From the IMG/VR virus record IMGVR_UViG_3300029145_000004, positions 1 through 47,282 of that record: a stretch of DNA of 47,282 bases; one strand, written 5' to 3'. The notes below the pieces were generated by a model, which was not told the origin of the DNA, ran no database searches, and saw only the letters and a list, made by a program, of their open reading frames with translations. The translations under genes and the position numbers were made by a program. Position 1 is the stretch's first letter. Every line of letters starts with the position of its first letter. Positions 28,714 to 37,122 of the stretch are shown in pieces. The stretch comes from a virus. Its lineage: Duplodnaviria; Caudoviricetes.

Positions 28714-29558
28714 TTAGTGATGCATGCATTCATTATATTAGTGAGAGCCGTGTCAGATAATCTGTAGTTAAACATAATTATCTCTCCAACCTCACCCTGC
28801 ATATGAAAAGCTGTGCCCGTGTTATTATCTGCATTACGTCTAGCACCTATTAAAACATCTACAGCATTAGACCCATTTAACAAACTCTTAGTGTCTTCTA
28901 AGACTCCATTATGAAACACTGTCTGATCATCATCATTAGAGTTAGTAGATGTGATGGCTACTACCCCACTAGGATTAGTGGAGGTGAAAGCAAATGCACC
29001 ACCTAGAACAAAGTTCATTCTACTAGTTCCGTAGAACATATAAAACTGTCTATTAGCAGGAGTAGCTCCTGCCTTACCGAAGATAGCACCAGCAGTGACT
29101 TTATAAACCCCTATGATAGTCATGTGGTCCTGTGTAGCTACTAGATTTAGACTAGAAGGTTGACCTATATTCAGGAAGTGACTAGAAGCTGCTGTAAAGG
29201 CTATGGTGTTTAAACTATTAATAGTTGTGCCACCCGTTACTGGCCTGTTAGCCCCAGTACCTGTAGCATCATTACCTTCTGGACTCTTATCAGCCCAAAC
29301 ATCTACAGCACCAGCTGTATCCGTAATAGTTGTTTCATCACTACTATCTAACCAGAGTACATTACCTGGAAGAGTGTCAGGAGTTAGCAGAGGAGTTAAC
29401 ACACCATCCCATCTATTAATTAAGTCTCCTAACGTAGCTCTTGGGGCGTCTATAAACTTATCTCTTAAATATCTGAAGAGAATGTCGTTATACTGAACAC
29501 CATAGCCGTAGGTTCTCCCAAAAGATATTACAGCATCGTTAGTTGGTAATTTCGTCAT
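28698..29558 (-). CDS. LamG/concanavalin A-like virion protein
   Basis: LWLDSSD..VDVWADKS..IGAR..GEVGEIIMFNYRLS pattern. Confidence 0.7.
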   Translation of the reverse strand: MTKLPTNDAVISFGRTYGYGVQYNDILFRYLRDKFIDAPRATLGDLINRWDGVLTPLLTPDTLPGNVLWLDSSDETTITDTAGAVDVWADKSPEGNDATGTGANRPVTGGTTINSLNTIAFTAASSHFLNIGQPSSLNLVATQDHMTIIGVYKVTAGAIFGKAGATPANRQFYMFYGTSRMNFVLGGAFAFTSTNPSGVVAITSTNSNDDDQTVFHNGVLEDTKSLLNGSNAVDVLIGARRNADNNTGTAFHMQGEVGEIIMFNYRLSDTALTNIMNACITKWGIT

Positions 29559-31561
29559 TAGGTATCCGAGTAAATATTATTAAATTCTTTACTTATAGTA
29601 ATTCTAGTAGATGTCTTCCTACTAATAGTGGACGTTGTGTTATTTCCTACAAAGTTTCCTACCGTGCTTGTATTGGTGTCATTCTGATGAACTAAGGTAG
29701 CATTACTATTGCTAGCAAGGAAGTCATTAAAAGAGACACTATCTAACACTACACCACCAGTAACTTTAATGAAATACCTACAATAGTCAGTGTCTATACT
29801 GTTATAGCTTATAGAAGCATTAGTGGTTATAGAGAAGATGTCTCCAGAAGATTTATGAGCATTACTGCCTATAACATCATTCCTATTAGCTGTCCACTTA
29901 CTTCCTGTTTCTCCCCACAGAGAGAACACTGCTCTACCACCACCTACAGGATTTAATATAGTGTTCTTACTACAAACCCCTACACCATCAGCGAAGAGAT
30001 AACCTGATATCTTAGAGACTGTTGTAGCAAAGTCATCACACTCAATTAGGTTGTTCTCTACAACAATCTTAGAAGCACCTCTAAAGAGGCTTATATTGCC
30101 TCCTACACCAGAGAAAGTGTTTCCTCTTATTATAGCTTTGCTATTCTTTCTTATCTCTGCATGAGTAGGTCTGATACCTATCGTAGCATTCACTGAATAA
30201 GCATTACCAAAGTTACCAGAGAACACTGAGTTAAGGAGGTGCATTTCATAACTGTCACTTCCCCATTCAACTCCAGCACCTGCTGCTACGCCAGTTATCC
30301 TGCAATTTTCTACATATGAATATCTAGCTCTACAATGAACAGAAGCTCTTCCTTCTATCTGACATCCTACCACTCTGAATAGAATACAATCAGCATGAGA
30401 AGAGATAGACTGGCTTTCCATCTGACCTATAAAATTATAATAGGTTATGTCTCTTTGTCCTTGTGTGGCATCAAAGCTATGCCATCCTCTACGTCCTTGC
30501 CCAGCAAATACACGAGAGTAGCAACAGAACGTGTGCATAACACTATAACCAAAACTAGGAGCAGCATCTGCATCTGTAGAAGGGTCTGCACCATGTCTTT
30601 CACAGATGGGATCATAATGTGTATCACCAGAGCAGAGACGTATTTCTATACCTCTGCGAAGAGGATTGATGAACCTCTGTCCACGAAAAACTGCTAGGTT
30701 TATCTCACTAACCTCTAGTGCTCTAGAACATCTCTCTCTTATGTCCCAAGTACCTCCTATAAACTCAACCTTTTGGGCTGTCTTATAAACATGTACCTCT
30801 GGTAGTCCTACTCCGCCTTCTGCTTGGTGCAAGGCTCCTGTGAAGTCACATAGTAGAGAAGCATCTAGGTATATCCTACTACCTACAACACTACTCACCC
30901 GTGCAGGCTCTTGTGTCTTATTCTTGTTAGCTTGCTTCTGAAACTTCTCATTGCTCACTAATACTAGCAAGTCTCCTTCCTCTATACCTGAAGGATTTGA
31001 TACATCAATGAACACAGCTCCTTTAAGAGCATCACTAGCTAACGTTGTAACGCTTTCAGCTACAGCCCTTTCATTAGCTTTATTAGTTCTACCATTACGT
31101 CTCCCTCTTATCTGAAGGAACAGCTTAGTGGTGTCTTCTTGTGCAGGAATGAAGGTTGCTCCAGACCAATCTAAAGTTGTGTCGTCTGACACGTTCCAGC
31201 TTGTTTCTAAATCTATTCTAAACTTCCCATTAGCTATTAACTTCTTAGGAGGACTCTGCTCTGCTAACACCTCCATAGCCTTAGAGAAAGCTATTGTATC
31301 ATTTGCAAAACCATCTCCTACGGCTCCAAATGCTTTAACGTTAAATCCATTATCACTGGGGAGTACATACAAAGGCACTCCCCCTCTAGTTTTCACGTGA
31401 TAATCTGTAGCGTCGAGAGCAGCTTCTTTATAAGCAAATCTCTCACGCTTAGTGTTCCACACTGTTCCCTCTCCTAAAGGAGGGGCTACACTGTCTAATA
31501 AATCTAAAGCTGTCTCAAAGGTTTCTTGTGTAGAGAAGAAGAGATTTCCTCTCGCTATCAT
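29558..31561 (-). CDS. Tailspike / pectate-lyase-like beta-helix depolymerase
   Basis: NVKAFGAVGDGFANDTIAF beta-helix cap motif, followed by N/C-ladder repeats. Confidence 0.8.
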   Translation of the reverse strand: MIARGNLFFSTQETFETALDLLDSVAPPLGEGTVWNTKRERFAYKEAALDATDYHVKTRGGVPLYVLPSDNGFNVKAFGAVGDGFANDTIAFSKAMEVLAEQSPPKKLIANGKFRIDLETSWNVSDDTTLDWSGATFIPAQEDTTKLFLQIRGRRNGRTNKANERAVAESVTTLASDALKGAVFIDVSNPSGIEEGDLLVLVSNEKFQKQANKNKTQEPARVSSVVGSRIYLDASLLCDFTGALHQAEGGVGLPEVHVYKTAQKVEFIGGTWDIRERCSRALEVSEINLAVFRGQRFINPLRRGIEIRLCSGDTHYDPICERHGADPSTDADAAPSFGYSVMHTFCCYSRVFAGQGRRGWHSFDATQGQRDITYYNFIGQMESQSISSHADCILFRVVGCQIEGRASVHCRARYSYVENCRITGVAAGAGVEWGSDSYEMHLLNSVFSGNFGNAYSVNATIGIRPTHAEIRKNSKAIIRGNTFSGVGGNISLFRGASKIVVENNLIECDDFATTVSKISGYLFADGVGVCSKNTILNPVGGGRAVFSLWGETGSKWTANRNDVIGSNAHKSSGDIFSITTNASISYNSIDTDYCRYFIKVTGGVVLDSVSFNDFLASNSNATLVHQNDTNTSTVGNFVGNNTTSTISRKTSTRITISKEFNNIYSDT

Positions 31562-32106
31562 TTAACAGCCTTTAAGCCAAGTCTTTGCATATCATCTGCA
31601 TATTCATTACTTGTATCCACTTCTCTCTTAAGAGCAGCTTCCTTCTCAAGCTTAGAAGGTCTTCCCTTCGTAGCCTTATCTGCATACCCTTTCTCAGCTA
31701 AATACTTAGCAGCTTGCATTCTATTCTTGTCCTCTTCATCATTTGCCATAGCAACTATAGCAGCAATGCTTTTACACTTATGTTTAGTTTCTAGTTCTTC
31801 CTTCCAACCCTCAATGATGGGCTTAAGAATGGGAGAAGCTTGTAACCTCAACCAATGTTCCCATCCACCAAGAATAGTTTCTGCAAACTCATATTCATAA
31901 CCAGGTACATGAGGATATTCCAGATATATTTTCTTCAAACTCTTACAGCCTCTATGATCATGACTCTTAGTTGTGAACATAGGCTTCTCAGGAACCCCTG
32001 TGTTAAACTCAAAGAAAAGGCCCGTAGTAAACCATTTATTTCTCTTATCTTTGAAAGGGGAATTATTAGTGTTCGCTAGAAATGGATGTGGAGTATCTTC
32101 TGACAT
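31558..32106 (-). CDS. Putative terminase small subunit
   Basis: First gene of the virion arm; EYEFAETILGGWEHW, AAKYLAEKGY, KGRPSK; GAGG RBS. Confidence 0.55.
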   Translation of the reverse strand: MSEDTPHPFLANTNNSPFKDKRNKWFTTGLFFEFNTGVPEKPMFTTKSHDHRGCKSLKKIYLEYPHVPGYEYEFAETILGGWEHWLRLQASPILKPIIEGWKEELETKHKCKSIAAIVAMANDEEDKNRMQAAKYLAEKGYADKATKGRPSKLEKEAALKREVDTSNEYADDMQRLGLKAVK

Positions 32107-32874
32107 AATATATTGATTTATTTAGAGGTGTGTTTATTGAAGGCATAGAGGAGCCATTTTCCCTTTGATAGTAGTTATTACTTGTAGTAGTAATACTAGT
32201 AGTCTATCTCACAACTTATATTATTCATATAAGCAAGGTACTCATCCTTCCCTTTGGACTAACGTCTACATGTAAGCAATCCTCAAGGCTTCCCCATGTC
32301 ATACATGCAATAGTAGCAGTTTCTTAAACTGTTTATAACCACATTCAAGTAAAATGTGTATCAAAGGACTAGGTTGTCAGGCTTGGACAGAGCCTAGATT
32401 TATGTTGTCTTTGACATTATAACATAAGGTTTAGTTCCCTAAGTATATTAAATTATTTATAGACCCTTGAAAATGAATAATTTTTATGAGAAAATTTTTA
32501 GTTGCATTGCAATGAAAGCAGTGGACCCCCTAACCCCCTGCCTGGCCCTTTGTCACACAACACCTTTCTCTATTCTGAACATCGTGACCGGCTTTATGCT
32601 AATAATGCTATCCGACTTTCTAGTACATTTGTCCTAGTTACTCTCAGAGTCAGTAGTGATCCTCAGAGTTAGTATTGTTTCCAAATATTCTACAATGTAG
32701 TGCCATACTCTATAACACTTTGTAACCACTGATTATTGCTCTCACCTAATACAATAGTATCCCTCTCTTCTAATGTATAGGACAAAACCAGAACATATTT
32801 AGTACTAATGTACTATTTACTTTTCCTGGAATGAGACGATAATGTTCTCATGAGCAACGCAAACGGAGAACGAA

Positions 32875-33024
32875 ATGGATATGATGCAAATATTAATAGA
32901 ACTGGACAAGCAAAGAGAGAATGACCCAGAGAGACGTAAAATTCTAGAGGCAGAATATTCAAACGAATATTGCGAAGAAGCAGAGACATTTGAAACAGAG
33001 ACAGATTTAGAATTTGGCGAATAA
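32875..33024 (+). CDS. First early ORF, 49-aa very acidic protein
   Basis: GGAG RBS; MDMMQILIELD...ETETDLEFGE; 17 of 49 residues are D/E. Confidence 0.6.
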   Translation: MDMMQILIELDKQRENDPERRKILEAEYSNEYCEEAETFETETDLEFGE

Positions 33025-33044
33025 CACAATAGGAGAGCATAAAA

Positions 33045-33188
33045 ATGAATACACTAATAAACAGCGCAGCATTTGCTTGGGTATTTTCGGGTATAGTTTT
33101 GGGTAGTGTTGGAATGTACGCTTGGCATGTTGCATATGTTCTACACACAACGGGTAGTGAATTAATAAAACTCTTGTTAGGAGTTTAA
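33045..33188 (+). CDS. Small membrane protein (47 aa)
   Basis: AGGAG RBS; hydrophobic MNTLINSAAFAWVFSGIVLGSVGMYAW. Confidence 0.6.
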   Translation: MNTLINSAAFAWVFSGIVLGSVGMYAWHVAYVLHTTGSELIKLLLGV

Positions 33189-33215
33189 CGAGTAACATAA
33201 TTCTTGTAAAAAGTT

Positions 33216-33247
33216 CTAAAGGTTTCTTGTCTTGTGTCGTTAACATA
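33216..33247 (+). promoter_or_regulatory. Sigma28-like early promoter 1
   Basis: cTAAA-N15-GTCGTTAA-cata. Confidence 0.6.
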
Positions 33248-33295
33248 GATGTAAGGCAAGAAACAAACAATAATCCATACACGGGAGATAAGGAA

Positions 33296-33601
33296 ATGAA
33301 CAAAACAACTTTATATTTTGCAGAAAAAAGAAACGTGTTCTTAGTGGAAGATTTCCTTGATGCAGATAAAAGTGAGTTAGCTGCAGAAATCCTTGAAGGT
33401 GTAGCAAAAGGACAAAAAACAGGGACAACGATTGAAGTTTATGCAGGTGAAAACGATTGTGAATGGTATGTTAGATATATAAGAGAAGGGGAAGGCTATC
33501 GGTATGCCGGTCATATCTCAGGGGAAGATTACCCCGCATTCATTGCAAACGAAAAAGCTTTTAGAGATTTCATAGATGATTTTTCAAAAGTCTACGCTTA
33601 A
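33296..33601 (+). CDS. Early hypothetical protein (101 aa, acidic)
   Basis: GGAG/AAGGA RBS before ATG 33296. Confidence 0.7.
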   Translation: MNKTTLYFAEKRNVFLVEDFLDADKSELAAEILEGVAKGQKTGTTIEVYAGENDCEWYVRYIREGEGYRYAGHISGEDYPAFIANEKAFRDFIDDFSKVYA

Positions 33602-33612
33602 ACAAAACAGCA

Positions 33613-33666
33613 AATGTTCTGACGAGTCTTTAAGAGACGAAACAAGGCTTCGGCCTTGTCAACATT
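33613..33666 (+). ncRNA. Type I hammerhead ribozyme
   Basis: Stem I aatgtt/aacatt; core CUGACGA; stem II gtct/agac; GAAA; stem III caaggc-UUCG-gccttg; GUC cleavage after C33660. Confidence 0.9.
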
Positions 33667-33675
33667 AAAAATGTT

Positions 33676-33707
33676 CTAAAGATAACGACAAAGAAGTCGT
33701 TAACATA
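33676..33707 (+). promoter_or_regulatory. Sigma28-like early promoter 2
   Basis: cTAAA-N15-GTCGTTAA-cata. Confidence 0.6.
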
Positions 33708-33739
33708 AATAGTAGTAACAACACATAGGGGAATGTAAA

Positions 33740-33910
33740 ATGGACAACACCAGACACGATAGACAGAATATAAACAGTCGTTATGCTAAGATACACATGG
33801 CAAGACGCCTTAAAAACACCTTGACAGATTTATATGTTGAGGGTAAGGTGGCAAACTACATAACAACGGTTCATAAGTATAACACATTGATAAAGGAGCT
33901 ACAATCATGA
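33740..33910 (+). CDS. Small early protein (56 aa)
   Basis: AGGGG RBS; ATGA overlap with the next ORF. Confidence 0.6.
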   Translation: MDNTRHDRQNINSRYAKIHMARRLKNTLTDLYVEGKVANYITTVHKYNTLIKELQS

Positions 33911-34086
33911 ACTTTTACACTCTACAAAGCATGCAGACAGGTAAATATATTAACAACCTCTTTGCTCATGGACATAACGCTGTCTTTAGAGCAGGTAATA
34001 CAAACGAGTGTTACACGTGGTATAGTTTGGAGTCGGTCACGCTCGAGAAGATGAGACACAACAAATGCATCATTGTAAAATTATAA
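33907..34086 (+). CDS. Small early protein (59 aa)
   Basis: AGGAG RBS; ATGA coupling. Confidence 0.6.
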   Translation: MNFYTLQSMQTGKYINNLFAHGHNAVFRAGNTNECYTWYSLESVTLEKMRHNKCIIVKL

Positions 34087-34111
34087 ACAACACATAACAG
34101 GAGATATTAAA

Positions 34112-34276
34112 ATGAACACATTCGGATTAAACACATACATTATAGTGGTTGGGGATGACACATACACTTTCCAAGGCTATCGCCATCAACTGGCAGACTT
34201 CATGCGAGAACTAGCATGGGACTTAGGTTATGATGGGTTCTATAAGAAGGGTGTGAAAATTTACACAAAAAGCTAA
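34112..34276 (+). CDS. Small early protein (54 aa)
   Basis: AGGAG RBS; MNTFGLNTYIIVVGDD. Confidence 0.6.
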   Translation: MNTFGLNTYIIVVGDDTYTFQGYRHQLADFMRELAWDLGYDGFYKKGVKIYTKS

Positions 34277-34304
34277 AGTTTTAAAATGACACTCCGTTAT
34301 CATA
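34273..34304 (+). promoter_or_regulatory. Sigma28-like early promoter 3
   Basis: cTAAAGTTT-N11-TCCGTTAT-cata. Confidence 0.55.
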
Positions 34305-34723
34305 AGTATAGGCTGGAGTGACGATGAAACAAAGGCCGGTCACGCCTGCCACGAACACAACAGCAAACGTTTAGGGGAATAAGATGATTAATAAAGATAA
34401 GTTTGTAATACTCAGCAAACGCACTAAATGCCAACAGATGGGTAATGGATATATAATAATGCACATGTGTCTAATGTTTCTTGTTTATTATTTCGTAGTA
34501 TGAGGGGAGTTATAGAGGTGGTGATAGGTTTTACTCTGATATATACATATCTATTTATAATGTGAGGTGTTAAAATGAGTGACATAAGAACAGCACAGCT
34601 AGTGAATGAATTAGAAGAGTTAAAGCGTAAGGTGTGGGAACAGGAAATAATCATAACTAAGTATGAAAAGGATATGCAGGCAATTGGTGAAGTATTAAAC
34701 AACATCTTAGGAGATTCCTTTAA

Positions 34724-34921
34724 ATGAAAACTTCACATAGCTCCAGTTTTATGAGTACCTGGCAACCACTAACAGGTAAGCTGGATAAGCAAGTAGTTAC
34801 CAGTGCGAAGGCTATTGCTGTTAGACATAACAATGGTAATACAGCTATAAAAGAGACAACAAAAGATACATTGTGGCAATATGACCTAAGCATCATCATC
34901 AAGGAATATAAGGTGTTGTAA
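34724..34921 (+). CDS. Early hypothetical protein
   Basis: AGGAG RBS; within a tightly packed small-ORF cluster. Confidence 0.55.
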   Translation: MKTSHSSSFMSTWQPLTGKLDKQVVTSAKAIAVRHNNGNTAIKETTKDTLWQYDLSIIIKEYKVL

Positions 34922-35087
34922 TGAAGATATACATGGCTAGATTTTTAACCACTACAAACAAAAAGATTATGGGGGTTATAGCTTCTTCTTCTTATGATGA
35001 GGCATATCTTCTGGCAATGAACAGTGTTATGTATATGGAACCTGGTACAGAATTTGAAATAGTTAAATTTACAGAAGAGGTGACGAA

Positions 35088-35363
35088 ATGATTTTTCCAG
35101 AGAGACACGGGTTGAGTTGGACGAATGATGAAATATACCAAGTTATAAGAGAATATAAGGCCGGTCACGGGATAAAATATTTAGCTGATAAACATAAAAG
35201 GACAATTAGATCTATAGAATATCTTCTTCATAAAGAAATAGGTACAGAAACTTCTGATATAGTAATAAATGAAATTAACTTTACTGAGGCTATTAATGTA
35301 GCTAGGAGAATAGTTTTTAATAAGATAGAATTAAATTGTATGTTAAAAGGAGTAGAGAGATGA
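35088..35363 (+). CDS. Putative helix-turn-helix DNA-binding protein
   Basis: GLSWTNDE...IKYLADKHKRTIRSIEYLL resembles a Myb/GcrA-like HTH; GAGGTG RBS. Confidence 0.5.
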   Translation: MIFPERHGLSWTNDEIYQVIREYKAGHGIKYLADKHKRTIRSIEYLLHKEIGTETSDIVINEINFTEAINVARRIVFNKIELNCMLKGVER

Positions 35364-35533
35364 GTAGATGTAGAGCGTGCAATGTTATATTAAACAATGA
35401 AGAGCAAAGCTTGGTGTATGAATTTGGTGGAACTATTGAACTATGCACTGATTGCTTAAAAGAAAGTGAGATAGGTGTTAGTATTTTAGAAGATGACTTG
35501 TATACAAACTTAGATTATTATGAGGTAGACTAA
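35360..35533 (+). CDS. Small zinc-finger protein
   Basis: CRAC...CTDC; AGGAG RBS before ATG 35360. Confidence 0.6.
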   Translation: MSRCRACNVILNNEEQSLVYEFGGTIELCTDCLKESEIGVSILEDDLYTNLDYYEVD

Positions 35534-35535
35534 AT

Positions 35536-36288
35536 GTGGGAAATAGTTATGTTGTTAGTCAAGAGCGCTGTCCTAAATGTAGTGAAATGGGCAAGGACCA
35601 ATCAGGAGACAATCTCGCTGTGTATTCAGACAGTCACAGGTATTGCTTTGGTTGCGGCTACTACAGGAGTGGGAATGTTTCTTATGTTTCACGTGATGCA
35701 GCTGCATTAGAAAAGAGACACAAAGTGTCATTACCAGAAGATTGCAACACCGATTACACACAGCAGGAATTAAACTGGGTAGCACAATACGATCTTTGCA
35801 GATCTTCCCTTCTAAAGTATAACGTGTTGCATAGTGATAAGGGAATACGCATTAATAGGAAAGGGGAATTAGTAGAGATAGAGCATGTTCTAATCTTCCC
35901 TGTATTCGATGATGGATTGCTAGGCTATCAAGCTAGAACCTTTATAGAAGATGTTCCTAAGTGGATAGGTAGAGGTAAGTGGGTGGATATATACAACATA
36001 CTACCTGGAAGTAAAACACTCGTGTTAACAGAGGATATAGTGTCTGCTATTAAGGTTAACATGGCCGGTCACGCTTCGATGCCAGTGTATGGAAGCACCA
36101 TTAAGAATAGATTTGAGAGGCTTTACAAGCTGGGGTATAGGGATGTTATAATATGGCTTGACCCTGACATGCACACGAAGGTTATAAGGGAAGTTAAGTA
36201 TGCAAAGGGATTAAGCACTAGGATAGTGTTCTCTAACAAAGACCCTAAATGTTATACTTTAAACGAAATAAGAGGATTTTTAAAATGA
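35536..36288 (+). CDS. DNA primase (zinc ribbon plus TOPRIM)
   Basis: CPKC..DNLAVYSDSHRYCFGC; LVLTEDIVSAIKV; WLDPD; KDPK. Confidence 0.88.
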   Translation: MGNSYVVSQERCPKCSEMGKDQSGDNLAVYSDSHRYCFGCGYYRSGNVSYVSRDAAALEKRHKVSLPEDCNTDYTQQELNWVAQYDLCRSSLLKYNVLHSDKGIRINRKGELVEIEHVLIFPVFDDGLLGYQARTFIEDVPKWIGRGKWVDIYNILPGSKTLVLTEDIVSAIKVNMAGHASMPVYGSTIKNRFERLYKLGYRDVIIWLDPDMHTKVIREVKYAKGLSTRIVFSNKDPKCYTLNEIRGFLK

Positions 36289-36289
36289 T

Positions 36290-36562
36290 ATGGACAATAA
36301 ACGAACAGCAGCGATAACATTAATATTGTTTAGCTTAACAGATATGATTAACACATTAACAGTGATAGAGCGGGGAGGGTTGGAACTCAATCCAATAATG
36401 GATTATTATTTGTCAATAGGAATTGAAGCATTTATATTAATTAAATTGTTCTTAACCTTTGGATGTGTACATATAATATATAAATATTCTAGTACAAATA
36501 TACTATTGACATTATCAGCTTTATACTTTATATTAATTTCTTATCAATTTTATATACTTTAG
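36290..36562 (+). CDS. Membrane protein (DUF5658-like)
   Basis: D..T....GGLELNPIM....K motif with three TM helices. Confidence 0.6.
   Translation: MDNKRTAAITLILFSLTDMINTLTVIERGGLELNPIMDYYLSIGIEAFILIKLFLTFGCVHIIYKYSSTNILLTLSALYFILISYQFYIL
36506..36534 (+). promoter_or_regulatory. Sigma70-like promoter
   Basis: TTGACA-N17-TATATT. Confidence 0.5.
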
Positions 36563-36570
36563 AGGCTATT

Positions 36571-36777
36571 ATGACAAATATAGAAATCAGAGAAATTACC
36601 CATAATGATACTATATGGTATAGACCATATATAGATGGAAAAAGATGTGCACAAATAGCTGAAACATATGATATGGCAATGCTATTAGCATTAGGTATAA
36701 AATACGATGGAGTAAATAGTCAATTCGGGAAAATGTCATCGAGAATGCTTAATATAAACTCAGTTTGGGGTGAATAA
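36571..36777 (+). CDS. Hypothetical protein
   Basis: GAGG RBS; packed ORF. Confidence 0.6.
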   Translation: MTNIEIREITHNDTIWYRPYIDGKRCAQIAETYDMAMLLALGIKYDGVNSQFGKMSSRMLNINSVWGE

Positions 36778-36779
36778 TT

Positions 36780-36983
36780 ATGTCTTACACAACAGAAACC
36801 ATAGCAGAGGAAGTATTCAATACAGGTAGATTTGAATATGCTGATGAGATGTGTTCAATTTCTACACAAGACTTTCACTCACAAGAAACCCTATTTGGGT
36901 TTGAAGATAATACATACATTATATATAATCATACAGTAGGAAGGTTTTCTTCTTATGGTCCTATGGACCAATTAACTAAGTAG
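36780..36983 (+). CDS. Hypothetical protein
   Basis: GGGGTG RBS; packed ORF. Confidence 0.6.
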   Translation: MSYTTETIAEEVFNTGRFEYADEMCSISTQDFHSQETLFGFEDNTYIIYNHTVGRFSSYGPMDQLTK

Positions 36984-37087
36984 TAATATATAGAAGCTGT
37001 CCTTTGTTGTACAGCTTCTTAATAATAAATAACTTCAACCCAAGAAAGAAAAAGAAATAATAAATTATTTCTAAAAAGAAAGAAGTA
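36984..37087 (-). ncRNA. Putative small RNA copy B (homolog of 14545..14643)
   Basis: Same order of motifs: ttctttctttt, hairpin, ttttcttt..gggttgaagtt, aagaagctgt-loop-acagcttctatatatt. Confidence 0.6.
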
Positions 37088-37090
37088 TAT

Positions 37091-37119
37091 ATTTTAGCAT
37101 ATTTTAGAGGAGTTGTCAA
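37091..37119 (-). promoter_or_regulatory. Sigma70 promoter, antisense to the replication operon
   Basis: On - strand TTGACA-N17-TAAAAT with extended -10 TGn. Confidence 0.8.
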
Positions 37120-37122
37120 TAG

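Noticed and set aside
32813-33428. Minus-strand ORFs in the early region
   Set aside because: They overlap better-supported + strand ORFs that have RBSs and promoters
34285-34355. Twister ribozyme or c-di-GMP riboswitch
   Set aside because: Has GGAGUGA and GCCGGUCAC fragments but lacks the twister UAA/P2/AAGC elements and the riboswitch cores
32107-34400. CRISPR array or tRNA genes
   Set aside because: No regularly spaced repeats or cloverleaf seen; AC-rich repeats are 5' UTR motifs
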